Below, piece by piece: positions 1-7,350 of a stretch of 15,092 bases of DNA (within the stretch, counting starts at the first letter, position 1; each line of letters opens with the position of its first letter). The stretch is from Oligoflexales bacterium. Its GTDB lineage: Bacteria > Bdellovibrionota_B > Oligoflexia > Oligoflexales > Bog-1112. The notes under the pieces were generated by a model. The model was not told where the DNA came from and searched no databases. It saw only the letters and a program-made list of their open reading frames with translations. The position numbers and the translations under genes were made by a program. The stretch lies in assembly GCA_045105515.1 (NCBI GenBank), contig JBGCDR010000303.1:1-15092 (forward strand), written 5' to 3'.

Positions 1-127
1 CGCGCATGGGCACCCCCAAGATCTTTTGATTTTCCGACAATTATAGCCTTTTTAGAGAAACTGGGGAAATTCGCTAAAGATTATAGTGCTCTAAGCCTTA
101 CATACAAAGGCGGCGGTGTGTTTCCAA

Positions 128-223
128 TCAGGCACTATGTATTTCATTTTGGTCTATATCACTACCACAAGCTGACGTGATAAATACACCTACAGCAATT
201 AAACCTATTTTTGAAATCTTCAT
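128..223 (-). pseudogene. Short or truncated lipoprotein-like ORF (31 aa)
   Basis: Manual translation gives MKISKIGLIAVGVFITSACGSDIDQNEIHSA*, with a basic N-terminus, hydrophobic core and lipobox TSAC. A purine-rich GGGGAAAG lies upstream. It stops 12 residues after the Cys, and all downstream frames contain stops. Confidence 0.35.
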
Positions 224-402
224 TTTTTTCTTTCCCCGCTTTGCGACCTATTTGACAGAAATTACAAAAAAAGCATCTTAAGCCTATAGAAATGTGCTCG
301 GAATATTTTAAGCAAAATTTATAAAAAAGTTTAATGTATCAATATTATTGGTATATACATTATCAATTTATTAAGTCTCAGATTTTTTATTCAGTTGTTT
401 TT

Positions 403-739
403 TCATGTTGCGTTTAAAGGTAAGATGAGGATGGTAAATATAAAACTACCCATTTTTAAAAATGTATTTAGAGGTTTATAAATAATTCTAATTTGTTCTA
501 TAGGAGTACCGATCCTTTTGATATCTTTATAGATATCATTATCTGGACGTTTCGGGATGAATTAAAATCCCGGGACATCATTTTTTTGAAGAAGTTTATA
601 GCACACTCTGTGCTTGGGAGCAGTAATTTTAACATTTATTGTACTTTTTTTTTAGATGTTTTTTCTTGCTTACAACTGTGAGAAAAAACATGTTGATCAA
701 GTCTTTTTTCAAGATTTTTCACCTGATTGCTCAAATCTC
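403..739 (-). pseudogene. Possible 5'-truncated, degraded gene remnant abutting the IS left end
   Basis: Reading away from the IS gives DLSNQVKNLEKRLDQHVFSHSCKQEKTSKK. After a shift in the T9 run (645-653) it reads NVKITAPKHRVCYKLLQKNDVPGF*FIPKRPDNDIYKDIKRIGTPIEQIRIIYKP. It looks protein-like but needs one frameshift and one stop; no family recognised. Confidence 0.25.
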
Positions 740-753
740 GGCTCTGGTGCAAA
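740..753 (+). repeat. IS6 left terminal inverted repeat
   Basis: GGCTCTGGTGCAAA. Confidence 0.93.
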
Positions 754-806
754 ACGGATGAAGAGCTGGTAAAATTCTGGCTCCTTGTCTAATTTTGGGA
801 GCAGAC

Positions 807-1511
807 ATGGGGAAGCCTTCCGACTTCAAGTTCAAGCACTACAAAGCAGAAATCATCCTCCTCACTGTACGTTGGTTCCTTCGCTATGGCTTGACCTACA
901 GGCATTTGGTGGAGATGATGGCAGAAAGATGCCTCACCTTATCCCATACCACCATCATGCGCTGGGTCCATCAGTATGGGCCAAAGCTAGATGAAAAGCT
1001 CCGTAAAAGGCTCAGAAAGATTGGGGATTCATATAGAGTTGATGAAACCTATGTGAGAATCAAAGGCAGGTGGTACTACCTTTATCGTGCTGTAGATAAA
1101 GATGGCAATACCATTGACTATCTCTTTTCAAAGCACTGCGACCAGCTAGCCGCAGCTAGGTTTTTAAAGAAAGCTTTGAATGCAGGGCACACAGTGGCTC
1201 CAAGAGTTATCAACACCGATGAAAATGCCGCTTATGGCCCAGCAATTGAATCTGCTAAAAGTGTTGGTGTTCTTGGAAAAGAAGTGGAACACCGCAAAGT
1301 GAAGCACCTCAACAACAATATTGAGTCTGACCATAGGCGGGTCAAAAAGCTTATCAAATGTGGGCTTTGGCTCAAGTCCTTTCGCACAGCCTATAAGACA
1401 ATCAGAGGCTATGAAGCGATGCATATGATTATGAAGGGGCAGATGAAGAATGCAAAAACCAGTTTGGAGCAGAAGAGAGAAATCGAAAAACTCTTTGGGT
1501 TAGCTGCTTAG
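807..1511 (+). CDS. IS6-family DDE transposase (234 aa)
   Basis: Motifs FKxxHYxxEIILxxVRWFLRY, HTTIMRWV, YRVDETYVRIKGRWYYLYRAVD, INTDENAAY and NNNIESDHR (D-D-E triad intact). ATG 807 with GGGAG at 797-801 is preferred over TTG 795. Confidence 0.95.
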   Translation: MGKPSDFKFKHYKAEIILLTVRWFLRYGLTYRHLVEMMAERCLTLSHTTIMRWVHQYGPKLDEKLRKRLRKIGDSYRVDETYVRIKGRWYYLYRAVDKDGNTIDYLFSKHCDQLAAARFLKKALNAGHTVAPRVINTDENAAYGPAIESAKSVGVLGKEVEHRKVKHLNNNIESDHRRVKKLIKCGLWLKSFRTAYKTIRGYEAMHMIMKGQMKNAKTSLEQKREIEKLFGLAA

Positions 1512-1552
1512 CAGCTTTGTATAGATTCTATTTTCTTAGGTCTTTTTTCAGG

Positions 1553-1566
1553 TTTGCACCACAGCC
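1553..1566 (-). repeat. IS6 right terminal inverted repeat
   Basis: TTTGCACCACAGCC is the reverse complement of GGCTGTGGTGCAAA. Confidence 0.93.
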
Positions 1567-2643
1567 CTCTTTATAGCTCCACAGATGGAGGTCAAAATTG
1601 GTCGAGTACAGCATCTGCAGGTGGAGACATGGTCGCTTTTTCAGGGACAGATTGGATTAAAGAAGATAATGACACCATCTATTTGTCTACAAATAGTGGT
1701 TCTAGCTATGGTAGTGGGGTGTCTATTGCTAGTACCACTCTCTCATACCCGAGTTTAGATACAATTTACGGTTCGGGTGACACCATATTTGGCGGTAGTA
1801 GCAGTAGCGGGTTACTCAAGTCCACTGATAATGGAGAAACCTGGACTCGAAAAACTGCAAGCAATGGGCTTGCAAATAACTTTATTGATACTATTTATGC
1901 CGATGATCAGGATGTCTATGTGTCTCATCTGTTTTATGGAATTTCCTATTCCTCTGATGGTGGTGATAGTTTCTCTTCCTTTCGTCAAAGCGGGGGCCTA
2001 CCTGATGATGATACCAAAGATGTCTTTGGAATAGGAAATAGCATATATGTGGGTACAGCAGCAGAAGGTATAGCAATTTCGAATAACTCGGGAAGCTCTT
2101 GGACATCAGTAGATTCATCTACGTCAGGATTTGCTACTGATGCTGTTACTGCAGTTTGGGGAGTAGGAAATTCACATATTTTTGCTGGAACTGGTAGTGG
2201 ATTGCCTATTTCAAGTGATGGAGGAAGCACATGGTCCACGATCACGACTTCTAATGGCCTGAGTGGTTCAAGTAACTCCATAATCGATGTCCAGGCTTTT
2301 GAACGTTACGATTCTAGTGTCGTTGTTTATGTTTTGACAAGTTCAGGGATTTCAAAATCTACCGACGGAGGAAGCAGTTTTACTCTTATTTCTTCCGAAG
2401 GGAACGGAGCATCCAGCTTTTATATTAAAGGTAAGTCCATCGTCATGGGTGCAAATCAAAAAACTTGGATCTTATGATGAAGGTTCTAGCTGGGATAAAG
2501 GTGGTGGTGGATTCAATTACTGGACTAACTCGACTGCAATTAGCAACGGGTTTCCCACTTATTATTCCCGTGATGTTATGTGGTTTAATGATAGTTATAT
2601 TTTTAGTAGTTCAGGAGCTGGTTTGGCCCGTTCAACGCCTTGA
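1567..2643 (+). pseudogene. 5'-truncated, frameshifted Asp-box (BNR) repeat beta-propeller protein
   Basis: Eight Asp-box-like motifs: SSTDGGQNW, STNSGSSY, STDNGETW, SSDGGDSF, SNNSGSSW, SSDGGSTW, STDGGSSF, and SYDEGSSW in the 2449..2643 frame. There are also GLxxNxI propeller motifs. The nominal TTG start (1554) lies inside the IS IR, and the frame changes at ~2458-2472. Confidence 0.85.
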
Positions 2644-2778
2644 TGAGGTCTTTTCGAAGAGTCATATCATTTCTTGGCGATAATTCTACATCAATGCCTT
2701 AGCAATTCCTCAACGGGCAGTGACGGTTATAATCTAGGGTTAACAATAAAAGGCGCTTATATATTGCCATTCTTGATC

Positions 2779-3615
2779 TTAGCGAGTTAGCATAAGTTCC
2801 ACAGCGCCTTTTTTTATCGTTTTTAGGAATGTATACTCAGTATCGTTGAGTATATCTATAAACAAGGGGGTAAACGGATGTAGTTTGTGGCCATTAAGAT
2901 TTTTCTTTCCTTTTAATTCATTGGGATGCACCCAAACGATTTCTGGAGCCTCCTTAGTGGTTACTGCTTCTCCAGAAAATTTTTCTAGTAGATAGAAAAA
3001 ATTTATACTATTGAGTCCTTTTCTTCCCATAGCAGAAGTAGAGTTTGAAATTGCCATCAATTTTAAGTCTTCATGAATGGCTTGTAATTTAACTTCTTCG
3101 TATAGTTCTCTAATAGCACCAGCTCGAATTAATTCTCCTCGATCCGTACCCCCACTTGGTAGAACCCACGTATTGATATCGGGGTTAAGAATCAATAATA
3201 TTTCATTTGCATTATTTCTCACAATAATCCCAGCTCCACTAACACTTGATCCTATATCAGTGACACCTCTCCCGTTGTCAAGTATCCATAATATCCTTTT
3301 TTTGCTATAGTCATATTCAGCAAACTTAAATCCTAAATCTGAAATGTGATCTACATCAACTCCATTATTTGGAGACTGGTCAATATAAAGAGCTGTTCCT
3401 GGAAAATTCTTCTTAAAGATTTCAATTTGATTTTTAAAATTGGCATTGTCAGGTAGATTTTTGCTATCCACATGAAAATTCTTGTAGGAATCCTTAGTGT
3501 ATTCGATTGTAAACTCATCGGATTCAACAGTATGTTGACAACTAATAGCAGTGTTTAAGCCTAATATCAATGGAAGCAATAATATGAAGTTTGATAGGAA
3601 GTTTATGTTTTTCAA
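2779..3615 (-). CDS. Nudix hydrolase with NUDT6-like pre-Nudix region and N-terminal signal peptide/lipobox
   Basis: Nudix box GGTDRGELIRAGAIRELYEEVKL (G-x5-E-x7-REUxEE) preceded by GAGIIVRNNANEILLI. Upstream LGFKF...ILW resembles the pre-Nudix domain of NUDT6/AtNUDT7. The hydrophobic N-terminus ends in AISC; TTG start. Confidence 0.85.
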   Translation of the reverse strand: MKNINFLSNFILLLPLILGLNTAISCQHTVESDEFTIEYTKDSYKNFHVDSKNLPDNANFKNQIEIFKKNFPGTALYIDQSPNNGVDVDHISDLGFKFAEYDYSKKRILWILDNGRGVTDIGSSVSGAGIIVRNNANEILLILNPDINTWVLPSGGTDRGELIRAGAIRELYEEVKLQAIHEDLKLMAISNSTSAMGRKGLNSINFFYLLEKFSGEAVTTKEAPEIVWVHPNELKGKKNLNGHKLHPFTPLFIDILNDTEYTFLKTIKKGAVELMLTR

Positions 3616-4418
3616 TTGGGATTCCTTTAAAAGATAAAACTATTACAGCGGTTGGTAGCAAATTCCCGACTTTTATTCAAACTATTTTCATTAGATTTGC
3701 TTATTTTTGCAGCGAACTCAATCCACAAATAGTAATTGATCAAGAACAAAAAATTACTAGACAGTCGTAGGCAGGTGATTTAAGAGAGGGTAATTCCCTG
3801 GTCGATTTTGCAGAAGATCCATGTGCTTGTATAGAACCTATACTAAGCTCATCCCCTACAAATAGTCCGGTGGATGATTTTGATTTTCCCCCTAAGAAAG
3901 ATTCCTGACGATGCGAGTAAGGATTCCACAAAGTTGTATGATGGAGATGAAAAGATCAAGGGGAGGTATAAATTTGCGATACCAGAGAAAAACAAAAACT
4001 TAAAGGGAAGTAAAGGAGCTTCATCTAGGTCTTTTGCTAAGTGCGGTTAAAATTTGGAACAATATCTAAGATCTTCAAAAGTGTTTTTTCAAATATATTA
4101 TGCTTATCATAATTATCATTACCGAAAGATAAATCTCTTTTTAGCATATTTTATGAATTGGCTGCCATGCTAGTTTTTATGTCGCAAATATCTATATAAA
4201 TATCTCTGCAGAATTTTTACATAGCTTAAATTTTATATTTCAAAATTGTTCCTAAGCCAGAAAATAATCATTGTTTTTAGAATGTTGAAATTGAAAATAA
4301 AATAAAATTTAAAGTTCTAAAGACCGGCCGCAGCGAAACCGAAACATTACCCAGCTGGAGCTGGTGCAATCAACAGCCACTCACTACAACTAGATAATCT
4401 TTATATTTTCGATTCTAC

Positions 4419-4445
4419 TAAATCATCCTTTTTGAAAATCGATGA
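4419..4445 (+). promoter_or_regulatory. Possible sigma28 (FliA)-type promoter of the collagen-like gene
   Basis: TAAA-N15-ATCGATGA versus consensus TAAA-N15-GCCGATAA: exact spacing, -10 element 5/8. It lies 18 nt before the AGGAGGT ribosome-binding site (4464-4470). Confidence 0.35.
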
Positions 4446-4475
4446 AAACGGATCAATTAACTTAGGAGGTCAGAT

Positions 4476-6755
4476 ATGCTTGATCGGGGAGCCGCTATGT
4501 CTAAAAAAGGTAAAACGTTATTTTTCATGTTTGCAGTTGTTTTCGTAACAGTCGGTTGCGGTCAGTACAAAAAGGAAATCACTTCTGTACCAAAAACCGT
4601 AGAAATAGAAAGAAATAGCCAACTAGAGGAAATCAATAATGCTAATTCTTTCGATGCAAGTTCAGCAGAGCTGGAAAATTCAGAAAATAAGATAAATACA
4701 GCTTTTCGTTTTGAAGGCGACACGCCTACTGCAATTGATGATGAGGCAACTCCAATAGATTGTTCTACAATAGATACTCCAAATGGTGTTCTTATTACTT
4801 GCGGAGAGGATGGAGTCCTGCTTAGGGACGGTGTTGATGGTTATACGTCTTTAATGAGAGTTGAACGTATGACTAATATAGATGAGGTTTTATGTACTTC
4901 ACAATCAGGTGCGTTAGTGAGAGTGGGACTTGATGTAGGTCGTGATGGCATCCTTTCTGATTCAGAAATTACCAATACAACATTTATATGTGATGGCACT
5001 AAGGGGGAAGCTGGAATTCGCTGTGAGGTTATGGAAATAGCTGAATTGGATGCAGTACAATTGACTTGCGGAGATCAAACCCAGATTTTGTACAACGGTA
5101 AAGATGGGTTGAACGGACAAGATGGCAAAGATGGACAAGATGGATTGAACGGACAAGACGGCAAAGATGGAGCAGATGGACAAGATGGATTGAACGGACA
5201 AGATGGCAAAGATGGTGAAGATGGACAAGATGGATTGAACGGACAAGACGGCAAAGATGGTGCAGATGGACAAGATGGATTGAACGGACAAGATGGATTG
5301 AACGGACAAGATGGATTGAACGGACAAGATGGATTGAACGGACAAGATGGATTGAACGGACAAGATGGATTGAACGGACAAGATGGCAAAGATGGGCTCA
5401 ATGGATACACTACCTTAATCAGTTCTGAAAGATTAGACTGTGCTAAGGCTCTTTGCGATTCCGAAAGAGGAGCTTTAATACGAAGTGGTCTTGACTTGAA
5501 TCGTGACAACATGTTGGATTTATCTGAAATTAGTTCAAGTACCTTCCTTTGTGATGGTGTAAACGGTGAAGATGGAAAAGATGCAGTACAGTGTACTGTT
5601 GAGGAACTACCACAAATCGATGCAGTTGAGTTAACTTGTGGTGATGAGTCTCAGATCATCTATAACGGTGAAGATGGAGAAGATGGAGAAGATGGTGAAG
5701 ATGGTGAAGATGGTGAAGATGGTGAAGATGGTGAAGATGGTGAAGCAGGCTATAATTCTCTTATTGATACTCAGAGGTTTGACAGTGATCCTAATCTATG
5801 TGCAAGCGAAAATGGCTTAATTATTAGAGCAGGATTGGATCAAAACCATAATGGAGTATTAGATCTTGATGAAGTAAACACTAGCTCCTTTGTATGTGAT
5901 GGTGCAAATGGGCAAGACGGCTCTAGCTGTACTGTCACGGAGGATGCGGATTTAAATGCAGCAAGGATTACTTGTGGAGACACAACTCAGTTAGTATTCC
6001 ATGGAAAAGATGGTGAGTCATGCTACATAGAAGAGGTACCAAGTCTAGATGCAGTTCAAATTACCTGTGGAGATACCAGTGAGTTAATATTCAATGGTGA
6101 AGATGGAAAAGATGGAAAAGACGGAAAAGATGGATATAATCCATTGATAAGAAGTTCGCACTTCAATAATGATTTCAAGATCTGTGCAGCAGGCAAGGGT
6201 ACCCTCATTGAAGTTGGTTTGGACTATGATTTTGATGGGTATTTCGATGAAAATGAAGTGACTGATCGAAGTTTTGTCTGTGATGGACTTAATGGTGAAG
6301 ACGGTAAAGACGGTGTTTCATGTACTGTTACAGATGAGCCAGAATTAAATGCAATCCGAGTGACTTGTGGTGATGAAAGCGAGCTTATCTATCACGGTGA
6401 AGATGGCGAAGATGGTGAAGATGGCGAAGATGGCGAAGATGGTGAAGATGGTGAAGATGGTGAAGATGGCGAAGATGGCGAAGATGGTGAAGATGGTGAA
6501 GATGGCGAAGATGGCGAAGATGGCGAAGATGGTGTAGATGGTGTAGATGGTGTAGATGGTGAAGATGGTGTAGATGGTGAAGATGGCGAAGATGGAAAAA
6601 ATGCTCTCGTAAAAATTAAGCGATTTAACTGTAACTCCATATGCAAATCTTATCGAGGCGCTATTATTAGCAGCGGATTGGATCAAAATGACAATGGTAT
6701 TCTGGATAAGAACGAAGTTACTTCAAGTGCCTTTGTTTGTGACTCGGCAAGGTAG
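4476..6755 (+). CDS. Collagen-like surface lipoprotein with repeated Cys-flanked EF-hand-like modules (DUF7151-like), 759 aa
   Basis: AGGAGGT RBS (alternative ATG 4497) and lipobox TVGC. Five CxxxxGxxxxxGLDxxxxGxLDxxE..F[VIL]CD modules and six Cx(10-13)TCG[DE] modules alternate with Gly-X-Y tracts. The DUF7151 assignment is from memory of the motif. Confidence 0.88.
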   Translation: MLDRGAAMSKKGKTLFFMFAVVFVTVGCGQYKKEITSVPKTVEIERNSQLEEINNANSFDASSAELENSENKINTAFRFEGDTPTAIDDEATPIDCSTIDTPNGVLITCGEDGVLLRDGVDGYTSLMRVERMTNIDEVLCTSQSGALVRVGLDVGRDGILSDSEITNTTFICDGTKGEAGIRCEVMEIAELDAVQLTCGDQTQILYNGKDGLNGQDGKDGQDGLNGQDGKDGADGQDGLNGQDGKDGEDGQDGLNGQDGKDGADGQDGLNGQDGLNGQDGLNGQDGLNGQDGLNGQDGLNGQDGKDGLNGYTTLISSERLDCAKALCDSERGALIRSGLDLNRDNMLDLSEISSSTFLCDGVNGEDGKDAVQCTVEELPQIDAVELTCGDESQIIYNGEDGEDGEDGEDGEDGEDGEDGEDGEAGYNSLIDTQRFDSDPNLCASENGLIIRAGLDQNHNGVLDLDEVNTSSFVCDGANGQDGSSCTVTEDADLNAARITCGDTTQLVFHGKDGESCYIEEVPSLDAVQITCGDTSELIFNGEDGKDGKDGKDGYNPLIRSSHFNNDFKICAAGKGTLIEVGLDYDFDGYFDENEVTDRSFVCDGLNGEDGKDGVSCTVTDEPELNAIRVTCGDESELIYHGEDGEDGEDGEDGEDGEDGEDGEDGEDGEDGEDGEDGEDGEDGEDGVDGVDGVDGEDGVDGEDGEDGKNALVKIKRFNCNSICKSYRGAIISSGLDQNDNGILDKNEVTSSAFVCDSAR
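5097..5402 (+). repeat. Coding tandem repeat: 34 Gly-X-Y triplets (GKD/GQD/GLN/GAD/GED)
   Basis: 9-bp period; includes six perfect copies of GGACAAGATGGATTGAAC at 5268-5375. Confidence 0.95.
5667..5747 (+). repeat. Coding tandem repeat (GED)8-GEA
   Basis: 9-bp unit GGWGAAGAT. Confidence 0.95.
6396..6602 (+). repeat. Coding tandem repeat: 23 Gly-X-Y triplets (GED/GVD, final GKN)
   Basis: 9-bp unit GGYGWAGAT. Confidence 0.95.
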
Positions 6756-6810
6756 TCTCTAAGCTCCCCCCAAGGAAGTTCTGTGCTTTTTACTTCCGTT
6801 AAATAATATT

Positions 6811-6850
6811 GAGGTTCCAAAATGTTAGATTTTGGAACCTTTATTTTTTT
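6811..6850 (+). terminator. Probable intrinsic terminator of the collagen-like gene
   Basis: Perfect 12-bp stem AGGTTCCAAAAT-gttag-ATTTTGGAACCT (6812-6840) followed by TTATTTTTTT, about 55 nt after the stop codon. Confidence 0.7.
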
Positions 6851-6904
6851 CAAAACTAAACCACAATTTGAAAACTGGTTTAGTTTTGAAACTGGAAATT
6901 TCCA
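6848..6904. promoter_or_regulatory. Perfect 16-bp inverted repeat plus 12-bp palindrome; candidate protein-binding sites
   Basis: TTTCAAAACTAAACCA (6848-6863), a 12-nt spacer, TGGTTTAGTTTTGAAA (6876-6891), then TGGAAATTTCCA (6893-6904). They lie ~80-135 bp upstream of the predicted sigma54 start. Function is inferred. Confidence 0.55.
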
Positions 6905-6956
6905 TGCTGTTTTCGTCAAATGCAGTCTTATCAGGCTTATGACGATTTAACATTTT

Positions 6957-6972
6957 TGGCATCTAGCTTGCT
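6957..6972 (+). promoter_or_regulatory. sigma54 (RpoN) -24/-12 promoter
   Basis: TGGCATC-tagc-TTGCT versus consensus TGGCACG-N4-TTGCW. GG at 6958-6959 and GC at 6970-6971 are exactly 12 nt apart; predicted +1 near 6983. Confidence 0.75.
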
Positions 6973-6982
6973 TATATAGTAA

Positions 6983-7176
6983 AATAAATCAAAAAACTTC
7001 AGATTTACAGACGCGGGAAGCATTTAATCCTTGCGGATCCTGGTTTAGGGATTAAAGCAGATTATTATCCATGTACTCCCAAAGCTTCATGAAGGTGTAT
7101 GGTGAGCTGTGGTTCTTATTCCTTAGTTGATATAGGACAGCCACATCTTAGTTGAAGTGCTTCGCGAGCTTTTTTT
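6983..7176 (+). ncRNA. Candidate structured non-coding RNA (~190 nt), family not recognised
   Basis: It follows the sigma54 promoter. A closing stem 7012-7022/7158-7166 encloses three hairpins (7023-7056, 7065-7105, 7108-7145) with several G-U pairs that only form on the + strand. It ends in T7 (7170-7176) and has no credible ORF. Confidence 0.55.
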
Positions 7177-7350
7177 GCTTAAGATTGTGAGAACTCAGTC
7201 TAATCTCAATTGAGCGAGCTTAGCCTATATCTACAGTGCCCCAAGTTAAAAAAATAACATACATTTTTGAAGAACATATTCCAAAGTGCGAAGATAGATA
7301 ATATTCTCGATGTGATGCTACGTATTGGTATCGTGAAAAGGATAATTATT

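Larger units (their letters stand above)
740..1566 (+). mobile_element. IS6-family insertion sequence (827 bp)
   Basis: Terminal IRs GGCTCTGGTGCAAA (740-753) and reverse complement GGCTGTGGTGCAAA (1553-1566) match at 13/14 and have IS26/IS6-type ends. The size is typical and it holds a single DDE transposase. The flanks CAAATCTC and CTCTTTAT are not a direct repeat. Confidence 0.95.

Noticed and set aside
1554..1582. Outward-facing -35 (TTGCAC) in the IS IR forming a hybrid promoter, and a TTG start for the propeller ORF
   Set aside because: There is no -10 at 16-18 bp and no RBS before the TTG.
3700..4050. ORF 3740..3931 (-) and protein-like + strand fragments
   Set aside because: No RBS or recognisable motif, and the + strand reading needs a stop and a frameshift. 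It may be a remnant but I cannot support a call.
4322..4380. GC-rich patch with hairpin CCAGC-TGGA-GCTGG and GGAGCTGGTGCAAT, reminiscent of a c-di-GMP-II riboswitch 3' end
   Set aside because: It lacks the GGCAC pseudoknot partner, the GGAA start and kink-turn motifs, and it lies upstream of the candidate sigma28 promoter.
4430..4442. TTTTGAAAATCGA repeated at 10939-10951, and AAAACTA/TAGTTTT at 14160-14189 resembling the 6848-6891 IR
   Set aside because: Short AT-rich matches are expected by chance at this base composition, and the spacing differs.
5097..6602. Regular repeats as a CRISPR or guide-RNA array
   Set aside because: They are head-to-tail 9/18-bp coding repeats with no unique spacers and no cas genes.
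4962..6686. Antisense and alternate-frame ORFs over the collagen-like gene (SVQSIL, PSCPFN, SPS and MVK repeats)
   Set aside because: These are shadows of the stop-free tandem repeats.
7071..7130. 19-aa ORF MYSQSFMKVYGELWFLFLS inside the RNA candidate
   Set aside because: No RBS and the start codon is buried in a stem; it cannot be fully excluded without ribosome profiling.
7012..7166. 6S RNA, tRNA, SRP RNA or c-di-GMP-I riboswitch identity for the structured RNA
   Set aside because: There is no large central bubble with a long apical stem, no T/D-loop consensus, no SRP GGAAG-AGCAG loop and no GEMM motifs. The gene context is also not the usual 6S context.
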